Source of the DNA: Carcharhinus amblyrhynchos
Lineage: Eukaryota
NCBI GenBank assembly: GCA_965287045.1
Contig: OZ336874.1
Coordinates: forward strand, 2,232,001 to 2,296,000
Reading direction: 5' to 3'
DNA length: 64,000 nucleotides
The position numbers were made by a program, and so were the translations under genes. Of this stretch, positions 33,870 to 47,822 are shown piece after piece. Position 1 is the stretch's first letter. Each line of letters opens with the position of its first letter. The notes beneath the pieces were generated by a model, which was not told the DNA's origin, did not search any database, and saw nothing but the letters and a program-made list of their open reading frames with translations.

Positions 33870-36140
33870 GCAATCATTCTGTTATCACCATCAGAGTAAA
33901 GGTGTAAATGTTTCATGTCTCCAATACATCAGCTTGTCAGGAACATCCTTCATGAGCAAAATTACAGCAAATACTCAGTTTGTTGTTGGCCTTCATGCAA
34001 TTGTCACTCAAGAAGCATTACCAGCAAATGTCAATGCATATATTATTGAAGGTTGCAGATTGTTGAATTCAATCATCTCTGGCGCAATGTCACCAACACT
34101 TGGGAAAAGTGGAACCCATAACAATAACTGATTGAAGATCTACCCAAACAGAGACAACATGATCTACCCAAACAGAGACAACATCTGCTATCATAATAAA
34201 AAGCAAGAAAGCTTTTCAGATGCACAAAGGAAACCCATAAGCCAGAACACTGGCTTGAATTGAAAGGAGCCAAGTCAGATGTTCAAAAAACAGGTAGTTA
34301 TCACATAGGCTGATCTGTGGCAGATTTATGTTCAGAAATCCAAGCAGCCTGTGACTGTGGATTTCTATGTACCATGAATAATGGGACTAAGAGGACATTT
34401 GGTCCTATCATTACAAAAGTTTCCCCTCCAAATTTGGCAGATGGTGAAGTACTTTGTGACTGAAGCGACTGTCTGGAATGTCAACATGCATTTGGTGCTC
34501 ATCCATCCCTGTTGTTGACGAATTATGCTGAACTCTTATTAAGGGAACTCGAACAAGTCTTTGATTCCTTAGGAAGCAGAGAGGCACCCATCAAGGACTG
34601 AATACCAGCCCAATTGCTCACACACGGTGAATCCATTTTACTGCCAGACCTATAGAACATGCTCCTCTAAAAAGATCTGTGTGGTGCATAAATCATCATG
34701 TTATACAAAACCAAGGGCTACAAAGAAGATTGCAACAACTATAGGAGCACCTCCCATCTCAGCGCCATTTGGAAGCTATACCAGAGTTAAAATTAAAAGA
34801 TTCCAGTAATGTGTAGACCGAATTTATCTAGAAGGAAAATGCGGTTCTACACTGGCAGATCTACAATAGACATTATTCTCTCATTAGGGCAGTGGCAAAG
34901 ACATGTAAGGAATAGGACATAGCTCTTTTCCTTGCTTTCCTAGAATTCACATCAACGTCTAAACTCTAACAGAACTGGACTCTACAAAGATTTGGAGAAA
35001 ATTTGCTGTACACTAAAACTCTTAGTTTCATCTGTTCCTTTCATGACAACATGCCCAGTACAGTTAATAGCTCTATATTTCACAGTTTCAGGGTGAAGAA
35101 TGGATTGAAACAGCCTAGCCCCTATTTTGTCTGAAGATCTACCCAATCTATCTATTTCCTCATTGTGCTCTTGACCTTTTTTCTTCCTGCCGATTTATAT
35201 AAGGGTTTTACCTGTATAGATCAGCTGATTTAATGCAGTGCCCAAAGTACGGCTTGCCTTGCTCAGAGACCTCCAGTATGCTGATGAAACCTCACTGGTT
35301 ACCCACACAGAAACTGAGCTACAAAGGCACGTGGATTTGCTCTTACATTGTGGTAACTTATTTCCCCTTACTATTAACATTAAGAAAACTGTGGTCATTT
35401 GCCATCAATCACACTAAATATCTAGTGTTATTTAGTGGTTAACAAGTTCTCTGTATACCTTGGTCCATAGAAGCAGATGATCTCACTCAACCCTTGCAAA
35501 GGAAAGGGTAAGTTACTACCGCCATTGTCTGACACTTAATATTTCTGTGGAAAAACATCAAGCTGACTTTTTGGATCTCTAAGATGTCAATTTATGAGGC
35601 CTTTATTCCCAGGACTTTGCTGTAGGCTATGAAACACAAATGACTTACAGCTATCAAAACAAGAAGTTCATTAATTATCTACTTCGATGTGTGTGATGCG
35701 TTGTTGACATCTGACAGAAGACGAAAGTAACAAATATGATGGTTCTCTCAAAGGCAAATGTCTCAAGTGCTAGCACTCATCAAGTAGAGCTGTTTTAGTT
35801 CCCTGGATATATTCAGAGGATAAAACACAGCCACATGTGATGGATATTCTATATGGGAAGGTGGTTATCAGCAGACCAGTATGACAGAACTCTGCTTCAA
35901 GGAAGCATGCCACGAAGCATGGCATAAGCACCCTCAATATTAATTGGCAAATTCAACTTCTTGACAGCAGTCCCCAAAAACAGATGCGCACAATGACAAC
36001 GTATAACCATCTTACATGTGGCATCTGTGCTTGTACCTGCCTTTCATTTATTGGTGTATTCGGCCATCAGCAAAAGCTAAACGATCTTATTGCCAATGGT
36101 TTTCCTGTATGTCAGATATTTCTCATAGATGGAAGAATGC
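33870..36140 (+). mobile_element. Decayed RTE-clade LINE, array copy 3 (retains the 470-bp RT segment)
   Basis: LYKTKGYKEDCNNYR.., IYLEGKCGSTLADLQ; CNNYRGISLL and PESQCGFR-like remnants. Confidence 0.85.
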
Positions 36141-37009
36141 TTCCAATGATGGAGGCATGAGCCAGAGAATGCCAGCGATGGAGACAGTGGGACCATGCAG
36201 TGTGCAGAAACCCTGAGAATTGGGACCATGGGAAGAGAACATGAGCCAGGAGAGTGTGGGATACTGGAGAGAGTAGGAGCCTTGAGATTGTGGGATTCCA
36301 AGGGCATCAGAGGCCCTAAAGAGTTTGTTAACCTTTGGAGAGTGGGGACCCAAGGAGGATGAAAACTGAGAGCTCTTAGGAACTGAAGCGAGAGTGAACT
36401 CACAGAGCGACTGCCTGGCAAGAACGGAAGCTTGTGATCTGAGAGTATTAGAACAGAGAAATTGTGGGATCCCAAAGAAAATGAAGAGTCCATGGTGGAT
36501 GGAAACCGTAAGTGAGGGGAATGCTAATGCATCTCAGAGCACAGCAATTGCAAAGTAAGAGTGAGGAAACACAGAATGGAGGAAGCAGGAGCATTGGCAG
36601 ACCAGTGCAAAGAAAGAACTGGAAAAAAGTGACAGCATTAGAGGAGCAAGGGGAAGAGTTGGAGCCTTGAGAGATTAAGATGCCAGAAGAATTGAGAACT
36701 TTGTGAGCTGATGTCTGGGGAGAACAGGATCCCAAATCATGTGAACTCCCAAAGACAATGCACGAAGGAAGTGGAAGCCTGCTGAGAACCAGAATCAGGA
36801 GAGTGCAAAGAGTGTGGAGAATTGTGGGAGGACAGAAGCCAGGCATGAATGAGAGCCAGGTGTAATTTGAATCCAATGGAATGAGACAATGGAGGGACAA
36901 GGAGCCTGGGGTGAATGCTAAGGTAGCAGGACCTTGGAGCGAGCAGAAGCAGGGTGATGTGGGAATCTGGAGAGAACTGGAATTTGGAGCATTCAGATAG
37001 CCAGAAGCC

Positions 37010-38950
37010 AAACAGACAAAATCTGCCATTATAGTAAAAAGCAACAAATCCTTGCAAATGGACAAGAGAAACCCAACACCCAGAACACTGCATGAATTGA
37101 AAGGAACCAAGTCAGATGTACAAAAGACAGGTAAGTTATCACACACAAGTGCCACAGATTAGCCTTTGTCAAGAAATTCAAGCTGTGTGTGCCAGTGGAT
37201 TTCTATGTGCCATGAATGATGGGATGAAGAGGACTGTCTGTTATGAAAATTACTATGAGCTGTGCTCCCTTAAGAATGACATGTCGAAATGCACTTGATG
37301 CTCATTCACAACTCCCTGTTGTGGACAGGCTAGATGATGAACTGTCAATAAGAGAACTTGAAAAACCATCCATTTCTTTTGTGACAACTTGGCCAGTACT
37401 GTACATTATGATGGCTCCACATCTTCAGGGTGAAGAATAAAGTGAAACAGCCTGAGCCCCTGTTCTGGTATTTCTTCATTGTGCTCTTGACGTTTGCCTT
37501 CCTGCCGATAGACAAGGATTTTACATGCAAATAGATCTGATAGCAGTCTCTACAATCTGTCCAGATTTAAAGCAAAGACAGAAATATGGCATGCCTTGAT
37601 CAGAGAACTCATCTGTGCTGATAAAACCTCACTGGTCACCCACATGGAGATTGAGCTACAAAGATATGTGGATTTGCTCTCCCATTGTGGTAATTTTTTC
37701 CCCATTACTATAAACATCAAGAAAACTGTGGTCATTTGCCTTCAAACACAGTATATAGTAATTATCAGAAGGGATTAGCAAGTTATTTGTACGCCTTGGC
37801 CCACAGTGGCAGACATTCTCACTGACATGAAGCAATGAGAATGCAACTACTAGCATTGTCTGATGCTCAAAATGTGCATGGAAAATACCAAGCTGACCCT
37901 TTGGATTGCCAAGATGTTGATTTATGAGGCCTGTGTTTACAGAACTTTGTTGTGCGACTATAAAACAAGACCGACTTGCAGCTGTTAAAAGAAGTCCATC
38001 AGTCATCAACTTCGATGTGTGTGTTACATAGTTGACATCTGACGGAAAGTGAAAATAACAAATAGGATTGTCTTCTGAAAGGTGCTAGCACTTGAGGTAT
38101 TTACCTATCAAGTAGAGATGCTTTGGTTCCCCGGACACATTCAGAAGATGAAGCACAGCCATATGTGACAGATATGCTACATGGGGAGTTGTCTGGAGGC
38201 AGAAGACCAGTCAGATGTCCGAATCTCTGCTTCATCATAGAAAGCATTCTTTCTGGTTGTATCGCAGCTTGGTATGGCTCCTGCTCTGCCCAAGACAGCA
38301 AGAAGCTACAAAAGATCATGAATGTAGCCCAATCCATCATGCAAACCAGCCTACCATCCATTGACTCTATACTTCCCACTACCTCGGCAAAGCAGCCAGC
38401 ATAATTAAGGACCCCATGCACCCTGGACATTCTCTCTTCCACCTTCTTCCTTCGGGAAAAAGAAAAATCTGAGGTCACATACCAACCAACTCAAGAACAG
38501 CTTCGCTGCTGCTGTCAGACTTCTGAATGGACTTAACCTTGCATTAAATTGATCTTTCTCTAACCTTATTTCCTTCTCTTTGAACGGTATGTTTTGTCTG
38601 TATAGCATGCACAAAACAATACTTTTCACTGTATGTTAATACATGTGACAATTAATCAAATCAAAATCAAATTAAGGAAGTGTGGCATGAAGCATGGCAT
38701 AAAGGCCATCAGTGTTAATTGGCAAATGGAACAGCTTGACAGCAGGTTCCAAAAGCAGATCCTCACAATGGCAACATCTAACCATATTATGTATGGCGCC
38801 TGTGCTTGAACCTGCCTTTCGTGTATTGGCCTGTTCAGTCATCAGCAAAAGCATTGGTCTCTTCAGCAATCAACAAATGTGAATTACTTTAAAAAGTTGC
38901 ATCGTCAGTTTGTTTCCCGCATATCCGATATCTCACAGATGGAAGAATGC
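37010..38950 (+). mobile_element. Decayed RTE-clade LINE, array copy 4
   Basis: LIRELICADKTSLVTHMEIELQRYVDLLSHCGNFFPITINIKKTVV. Confidence 0.85.
38235..38672 (+). mobile_element. Rex1/Babar-like LINE 3' fragment nested in RTE copy 4
   Basis: IESILSGCIAAWYGSCSAQDSKKLQKIMNVAQSI; (AATCA)n tail; splits the host motif ctctgcttca|aggaagtgtgg. Confidence 0.85.
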
Positions 38951-40574
38951 TTCCCATTACAGGGGAATCCTATGAACCAGCAGAGAGGTGGAGCTGTAGA
39001 CCATGTGAGCATGCACTGTGTAGAAGTCCAGAATTGGGACCTTGGGGAGAGAACATCAGCCAGGAGAATGTAGGATACAGCAGGGAGCAGCAGCCTTGAG
39101 TTTGTCTGATTCCAAGGGAACACCAGCCAGAAGAGTATGGTAGCCTGTGCTGAGTGAGAATCCAAGGAGGATGGGAACTGAGAGCTCTCAGGAACTGGAG
39201 TGAGAGCGAGCCCGAGCCCAATGAGAATGCATGCCAGTGAGAATGCCAGGAAAGAATGGAAGCTCGTGAATGTGAGGAGTGTTAGAACCAAGAAATTGTG
39301 GGATCCCAAGGTCCTGGATCCCAAGAAGAATAGAGTTAAAAAACACGAGTATCTGGCTGAGGGGAAATCAGAGAGTGAGAGAGTGGTGAAAAATGTGAAC
39401 TTAGAAGATGTGGGAATCTTGGAAAGTGGGATCTGGAGTCAGCAAGAGCCAAAAGACAAGAAGCACCAGGACATACTTGATTCTTGAGATGAGTGGATAA
39501 CAGACAATGTGAGTGAAGCCCAGGGCGATTGTGAGGTCAGAAAGAACAGGGGTAAGGGAGAGAAAGCTTGATGCAAGAAGAAATCTGAAGTCAGCAGGAG
39601 CCCAAAGAGAATGTGAGCCCATGGAAAGCAAAGTCATGTGAACGAAAGCCTAGAGAGAGCAGGAATCCAGGATCTTGGAGGCAGCATGGATCTGAAGAGA
39701 GACCAGAGAGCATTCTGCCTGTGTGATGGGAAACCTGAAGATAACAGGAGTCATGGAGAGAGCTAATGAAAAGAGAAATGGTGCCCAGAGACGAGAGAGC
39801 AGGAGCCGAGTAGTGTCCAAAAACAGGCAATACCTGATAGGAGTGGATTTCCAGAGGCCAAGGAGTCCAGCGAGAGACATTATCTATAAAGAGCAGGAGA
39901 CCAGTGTGTGTGCAAAGGAAGAGAGCAGGAGGCTGGAGAACTCAAAGCCCAATGTGAGTTCAGCTGGAGAGAGCAGAATACTGGAAAGTACAGAACCAAG
40001 AGACTGCAAGAGGTGAAGGAAAATGGAAGCTTAGAGAGTTTGGGAAGTCTGAGGGAACTCGAGAAAAGCAGGACCCCAAAGAGTGCAGGAGCTCAATGAC
40101 ATCAAGAGCTGAAAGATAACGGGAACCCAGAGATTGGAAAGAATGAGAGTCAAGACGATGCAGGAGACTGGAGTGAATGAGTGCTTGCATTATTCAAAAT
40201 CCTTTGATTTTAAGCCATAGTGACTGAGTAAATCTAAGTGCAGGAGGCAAGAGTCTACGGGTTATAAGTTCAGCAAAACTGGCTTTGAGCAAGGAAGCCC
40301 ATGGCTTGCCACCAACAGGGAGATGGATTTTTGGCTGCAGTGATCACAGCAACTTGACACTAGGCATCAGCATTGAAAACAGCACCACACACTGACTTGA
40401 TAACCACCTCATTTGTGACATTTCTAGCAAAAACCACTTCTCATGGATTGGTCTCTTAAGCCATCAGCAGAAATGTATCATACGATCATCGCTTTCTATT
40501 AGCCTGTCAGCTGTCACTGCAAGCTGGGCCGATGCAGAGCTGTGATGTATAAACCCCTTCAATTTCTACTGAAA

Positions 40575-43200
40575 CCAACAAACCAAAATGAGAACGCTTC
40601 CAGTTTGAAAGGCGCAGCATCAGGATTGGATCCTGGCATGAACATTGACCCACATTGTCCAGCAGTTGAACACAAGACCGCCCTGAGTTACCCAAGTTGG
40701 TGGTAACATTACTACTCGATTGAAGATTGGATTAGCTGATAATAGATTCCGTGTGAGGCTAGCTCTATTTTCTGTTGACATGTTAAAAGCGAAAAAATAG
40801 TGTTGGCCTTTCAATCAGCAACAAATTGACATGCTGAGTTCGTTTGGCAGTGGCAACATCTGAACGCCCCATTGTGAGACACTTGAGCATGTTCCGCATG
40901 GTGAGAACTTATCATTATTTCAAGACGCAGACTAAATCAGACAGAGATTCATGCCCTTTATACCTTGCTCAATGAATTGTAAGGAATACAATGACAACAG
41001 ACATCAGCTTCTTAAGATCTGTTTGGAATGAACTATGTTGAACCAACTTACCTTGTAGCAATGTTTGCTCTGATTGTATGATGACATCATCCAAGATCTG
41101 ATCATCGGCACTAACTTATTATCAGCAGAAACAATCTGCTGCCTCTTCTCTATATACATCTGTACAGTAAACCACCAACTGAGATATTCTCTTGTCAGAA
41201 TCAGAGTGAAAGTGTGATCCTGAGTGTATCACATCTGCAACACGGCAACTTATCAGGCCTTAAAGTCCCTGGTTAAAGAGATTAGCAAAAATACTCACAG
41301 TTTGCTTTGGCCTTTGAGCAATGTCCACATCATGAAACTTTACCAGGAAATGTCGATGCAGATAAAGTCACAAGTAGGCATACATTCATGCTGCAATTAT
41401 GTTACTGTAAAAATCCCCTAGTCGACACATTCCGGCGCTTGTATGGGTATACTGAGGGAGAATTTATCATGGCCAATCCACCTAACTTGCACATCTTTGG
41501 ACTGTGGGAGTAACCAGAGCACCCGGAGGAAACATATGCAAATACAGGGAGAACGTGCAAACTCCGCACAGTGACCCAAGCCGGCAATCGAACCTGGATC
41601 CCTGGTGCTATGAGGCAGCAGTGCTAACCCCTGTGCTGCCCCGATATTACTGAAAGTTACAAATTGCTAAGCTGAGTCATCCATGGCACAGCCTTACCAA
41701 CACTTGGTAAAGTTGGAACCTGGAACAATCACTGATTTGAGGTCTACCAAAAATGGAGTTGCTACCTGCCAGTATAGTAAAAAGCAACAAAGCCTTTCAG
41801 ATGCACAAGAGAAATTCAACAACCAGAACATTGCATGAATTGAAAGGAGCCAAGGCAGATGTGTAAAAGACAGATAGTTATCACATTAATTTGCCACAGA
41901 TCAGCCTATCAAAAAAATCAAGCTGTATGACAGTATATTTCTCTGTTCCATGACTGTTGGGATTAAGAGGACATTTGGTCCTATCATTACCAAAGTTTCC
42001 TCTCTAAACTGACTGCCAGTTATGAAAACTATTGTGAGTTGTACTCCAATAAGAAAGATGTTGAAATGCACTTGATGCTGATCCACAGCTCCCTGTTGTG
42101 AAGAAGCTGAATTCTCTTGAGGGAATTTGAAAAACTATCTATTCCTTGCATAGCGACGTGCTCAGGGTACACTGTATTTTGATGGCAATACATTCCATGG
42201 TTTCAGGCATGAAACAGCTGTAGCTGCTGTTCTGTTTGCTATTTCTCCATTGTGCTCTTGACCTTTGCCTTCCTGCTGATATGCAAGGATCTTACATGCA
42301 AATAGAGCTGATGGCCGTCTCTACAGTCTGACCAGATTCAAAGCAAAGACAAAAATACGGCATGCATTGATCAGAGAACTTGTCATAGAAACTGAGCTAG
42401 AAGGACACGTGGATTTGCTCACCAATAGCCGTAACTTATTTCCATTTACTATAATCATCAAGAAAACTGTGGTCGTTTGCCTACAATCACATTAAATAGC
42501 ACTCACTGGAAGTTGTAAGCAAATTGTTTATATACGTTGTTCCATGGTGATAGTTAATCTCACTGAACTGATGCAAAGGGAATGGAGCTGCCACCATTGT
42601 CTAATGCTCAAAATGTGCATAAAAAAACACCAGGCTGAACTATTGGATCTCCAGGATGTCACTTTGAGGCCTGTGCTCCCAGAATTTCAATTCACAGCCA
42701 CAAAGCATGAATGATTTGCAGCTGTTAAAAGAAGTTATCAGTTTCAATGTGTGCAGTACATTGATGATGGAAAATGAAAACAAATATGATGAACCCCTCA
42801 AAGCAAATGTCTCAAGTGCTAGCACTCATCAAGTAGAAGTTCTGTTGTTTCCCTGGAAGTATTCAGAGGATGAAACACAGCTACATGTGATGGATATTCT
42901 ATACGAGGAGCTGTCTGGAAACAAGACCAGTAGGATGTGCAAATTTCTGTTTAATGGAAGTGTGGTATGAAGCATGGCATAAAGGCCATCTATTAATTGG
43001 AAAATGCAACAGTTTGACAGACAGCAGGATATAACCATCTTATATGTGGCACCTGTGCTTGAACCTGCCTTTCATATATTCACCTATTCAGATGTGTTGG
43101 TTTCTTCAGCAATCAACAAAAGTGAATTACATTAAATGGTCTCATTGCCAGTGTGTTTCACATATGTCAGGTGTCTCACATAGATGGAAGAATGCTTCCA
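40575..43200 (+). mobile_element. Decayed RTE-clade LINE, array copy 5
   Basis: Collinear with copies 2 and 6 from the endonuclease region to the 3' end. Confidence 0.85.
41365..41642 (-). mobile_element. V-SINE with alternative 3' tail; GATA target-site duplication
   Basis: HE1-like head and V domain reversed; tail shared with 47823-48099; host gatgcagata|ttattgaagg restored on removal. Confidence 0.85.
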
Positions 43201-43446
43201 ATAACAGAGGGATCCCATGAGCTGTGAGCAAGGAGGAGATGGAGACTGTGGAAGAATGCAGTCTGTAGCAACCGAGAGAATGGGGAACATGAGGAGTGAG
43301 CATCAGCTAGGAGGCTGTCAAATACCACTGAGAGCAAGGACTGTTTCGATTGTGCAATTCCAAGGGCAACAGCAGCATGGAGAGTCTGATAGCCTGTGGT
43401 AATTGGGAACCCAAGGAAGATGGGAATTCAGAGCTCTCAGGAACTT

Positions 43447-43771
43447 GGGCGGCACGGTAGCACATTAGTTAGCACTGTTGCTTCACAGCTCCAGGGACCT
43501 GGGTTCGATTACCAGCTCGGGTCACTGTGTGGAGTTTGCACATTCTCCTTGTGTCTGCGTGGGTTTCCTCCCACAGTCCAAAGATGTGCGGGTTAGGTTG
43601 ATTGGCCTTGCTAAAGTTGCCCCTTAATATCCTGAGATGTGTAGGTTAGAGGGATTAGCGGGTAAAATGTGTAGGGGTATGGGAGTAAGAGCCTGGGTGG
43701 GATTGTGTTCAGTGCAGACTCGATGGGCCAAACAGCCTCTTTCTGTACTGTAGGGTTTCTATGATTTCTGT
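43447..43771 (+). mobile_element. HE1-like V-SINE with GAACT target-site duplication
   Basis: Full head, V domain and tail; gaact at 43441-43445 and 43772-43776. Confidence 0.92.
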
Positions 43772-46351
43772 GAACTGAAGTGAGAGTGAGCCCTGTGAGA
43801 ATGAATGCCTGGAGAAAATGGAAGCTTGTGAAACTGAGGAGAATATGGAGCCGAGAAGTTGTGGGATTCCAAGGAGAATTGCACATCTGTGATAGATGGA
43901 AACTGTATCTTGGGAGGACACTCAAAAGAATGCATCAGAGAGGAGAGCAAAGATTGAACAGGAGTGAGGAAACACAATATGGCGGAAGTATGGGGAGAGA
44001 ATTGCAAAAAAAAGAACAGGGGAAGAGAGAGAGAGCACAGGAAACAGAAGCAAGGGAGACTAAGAGCTTGATGTAAGCAGAAGCCTGAAGCCAGCAGAAA
44101 CCCAGAGTGAATGTGAGTCCATGAAGAGCTAGAGCATGTAGTGAATGAAAGCCTAGAGAGAGCAGGAATCCAGGAACAGTGGGGGCTTGGAGGCAGCATT
44201 AACCTCAATATAGACCAGAGAGAATGCTACCTGTGTGAGGGGAGACCTGAAGAAAGCAGGAATCAAAGAGAGTTAATCAAAAGGGCATTGGGGGCCAGAA
44301 AAAGCAGAAGCTGTTAGGGAAATACAGGCAAGTGCTTGGTACAAGTGTATATCCAGACTTCATGGAAGTCCAGTGAGAGACGATAGCTATTTGGAGTAGG
44401 AGACCAGTATGAACACAGAAAGAGATCAGGAGGCTGGAGAGTTCAAAAGTCCAAGCTAGAGAGAGCAGAATCCTGGAAAGTAGATGAGTGCCAAAGGCTG
44501 AGAAAAATGAGAACCTGGAGAATGTGGGAAGTCTGAAGGTGATCATAGAAATCGAAAGCTGAAAGGGAACTGAAGCCCAGAGACTCTAGCTCCTGGAAGG
44601 AGTGAGAGCCAAGAGAGTGCAGGAGAATAGGGTGAATGGGATCTTGCAGAGTTCAAAATCCGTGGTGAGTTTGAGCCAGAATGTGTGTGAACAATGCAAC
44701 AGGAGCCAAAACAAAACCTGGAGTCCCAGATGAAGGGAACTGGCAGAAACCTAGAGAAAGCAGGAGTGTGGAGAATAAGAGCTTTGATATAACAGAAGAG
44801 TGAAGAGAGAACGTGAGATCGAAGCTTAAGAAATACTAGAGAGAGAAGGAGACTTGAGTATGGGAGTGTGAAGATATTGAGAGCCAAATTGAACAGCAAC
44901 CCTAAGAGAGTATGGGCACACCGAAACCAGCAGCAAGAGAGAGTTGGAGCCCTGAGAGAATAAATTCCCATTAGATGAGGGAACAGCAACCCTGAAAGAG
45001 CAGGAAGGAGTTAGGGAAATGTGAGTGCTTGCAATCACTGGATGCCCATGCAAATTGGGGGCCTAGGAAAGGGAACTTTGGAAAGAATGGGAGCCCAGAA
45101 GGAGCAGCGTCTCAGAGAGCTGGAGCCAGGACCACATTGGAGCTGGGGAGACCAGGAGCTTGGTGAGTGGATGCTTAATAGAAGAATCTGTTTGTTGAGA
45201 ACAGGAGCATGTGATGTTGAAGGTTGAGACATAACAGGAATAGTGGGAGCTTGGAGGCAGCATGGAAATGAACAGAGACCAGAGAATGTGGAACACGTGT
45301 GTGGAAACCTGAAGATCGCAGGAGGCAGGGAGAGAGGGGCTCCAAAGAGAAGTGGAACCCTGAGAGAACAGAAGCAAGACGGGAAGGGGAGTTCAAACAA
45401 AGGCAGGAATCTGATGAAAGTGAACAGTTAGAAGACATGAAGGTCCTGCGATAAAAGATAGCTATTAAGAGCAGGAGACCAATGCATGTAAAGACAAAAT
45501 AGAGCAGAGGGCTGGGTGCACAAAATTCTAATATGAGCTTAGCAGAATCCTTGAAAGTACAGAAACCAAGAGAGTGTCCGAGATGGAGGTAAATGGGAGG
45601 TTGGAGAGTTTGGGAAGTTTGCGAATGCTTGAGAAAACAGGACCCCAAAGAGTGCAGGAGCTCAGTGAAATCAAGAGCTGAACGATGATTAGAGCCCAGA
45701 GATTGTAGGTCCTGGAACGAGCGAGAGTCAAGAGAGCAGGAGGCTGGAATTAATGGGAACTCAAAGAGTTCAAAATCCTTTGAGTTTGAGCCACATAGCG
45801 AGTGAGCCTGGATTCAGCAGGATCCCAAAGAAGACTAGAGCCCCAGAAGAGGGGAACAGAACTTGTGGAAGCCTGGAGAAAACAGGAGTGTGGAGAGATA
45901 CTGTTGACTGGAAAGTATTTGTTGCAGCCTGGTTAGTTCAGGAACATAACTGTCGTGGATAAATTAAACTCACACATTTTGTACTTTAGTTTGTGGGTCT
46001 AAATGACAAATGAATCCTGGGATTGCCTCAGGAAACCTCTTCTGGTTTCTGTACTTCCTGGTTTTATTAATTGGATTTTGGTGCTGTGAACAAAGATAAG
46101 ATTCATAATGATGGAGAAAAGTTTGAAAGCATTCACACACTATGTTACTATAACATGCGCAGATTAAAAGTTTTACAGCTCCAAGAAGAAAGAAATTTAA
46201 TATCAGGGTGAATGAAAGGACCTGAGGCTGAGTTCCCAAATTTGATGCAAAAATTGGTATTGGGACAATGCAAGAGAACAGAACTGCTGTCGCCTGGTTT
46301 AGATTAATACTGCAAAAGATAACTGTGGACATGAATGTTCTGTCAAATAAT

Positions 46352-46607
46352 GTTTGCACATTCTCCTCGTGTCTGCATGGATTTCCTCCAGGTGCTCTGG
46401 TTTCCTCCCACAGTCCAAAGATGTGTGGGTTAAGTTGATTGGCCATGCTAAAATTGCCCCTTAGTGTCCTGAGATGCGTAGGTTAGAGGGATTAGTGGGT
46501 GAATGTGTAGGGATATGGGAGTAGAGTCTGGGGAGGAATTGTGGTCGTTGCAGACTTGATGGGCCGAAGGGCCTCTTTCTGCACTGTAGGATTTTATGAT
46601 TCTATGA
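46352..46607 (+). mobile_element. HE1-like V-SINE, 5'-truncated, in block C
   Basis: Starts at gtttgcacattctcc; tail gcactgtaggattttatgattctatga. Confidence 0.9.
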
Positions 46608-47822
46608 ATGTGCAGGGTCTGAAAAATGCTGAAAATAGTAACGACCAGGGTTTATATCTTTTTGATAAGAAGAAGACAAAAGTCACATTTTAATTGGAAT
46701 TACCAGTTGCTGAAGGGTGATATCATGCATTTTCTCCCAGTGGTGAGAACTCGATTGTTTGAAGCCTTGGCCTTTGAAGTGGGGAAACCTGCTGCCCTGA
46801 GGAAGCAGATGTGGCTGGTGGCAACAGCCTGAGTGAAATAAACTGGTAGAAATTCGGGACCTGGTTCACTCAAACTCTACCCCATTGTAAGGTACTTTAA
46901 TTGGACAAGCAGAGGAGGTCTAGGTCAAAGAGTTGTTTGTTGCCTGTGGTAAAATGACATCTAGTGGTAAAAGAATTTGTTTGTGATCGATGAAATGGTC
47001 CCTCCATGTAGAAATATAGAGATCCCAGTAAAGCTATATGGGACAATATGAGTGCTGAAATACAGCAAGAAACTATGCACGTTCCGTACCACATTTTAAA
47101 TCAAGTTTTAAAATGTTGATAACTCCCTAAGCCTGTCTTTTGTGATAGGTAGAGCAAGTTGTTGTCGAAATTGGGGAACTAATGGATGGTAGTCTGATTC
47201 TGAGTTAGGTTTTTGGGCCTCGTGCAGACTGAGGCTTGTGGAGTTTACTCACTGTTTTCAGTTATTCATGGGAGAGTTTTGTTAATGTAAGTTTATTGCT
47301 GTGATGTGGCTTCATTTTGAGGATTTCTTACTGAGGGTGTTGAGTGCTGGTGTGTGGATTTTACTAAGAATGTTTTGAGCTGAAATGAGAGTTTACTTGA
47401 GGTAATTTGGTGCCAAGATGGGTGTTTTACTGAGCGGTTTTGGACCTGAGTTTTGTTCAAGAGAGTTGAGTGCTGAGGCAACATGGCTTATTGAGGGGTG
47501 TAGTGATGTATGACATGGATTGATTGATGAGGTTAGGCAGTTTACTGAGGGACTTCAGTGCTGAGTGCTTCCCTTCCACCGGTTGACGCAGTGTGACGGT
47601 GAGGCTGTTGCAAACTGAGCTGTGGCTTAGTACACTAAAGAGATTCACCTCAGGAATTGACATCCGAGACAGTTAAAGCTGCAGAGACATGAGACGGTGG
47701 CTCTGACCCTATTATGTCATTTTTATGAAGATGGAGAAATTTCAAGGCTGAGGAATTTCACCCGACAATAAATTTTTATAGTAATCTGTAATTCTTATCC
47801 AAAGTTAACCCACTCAGTTCTA

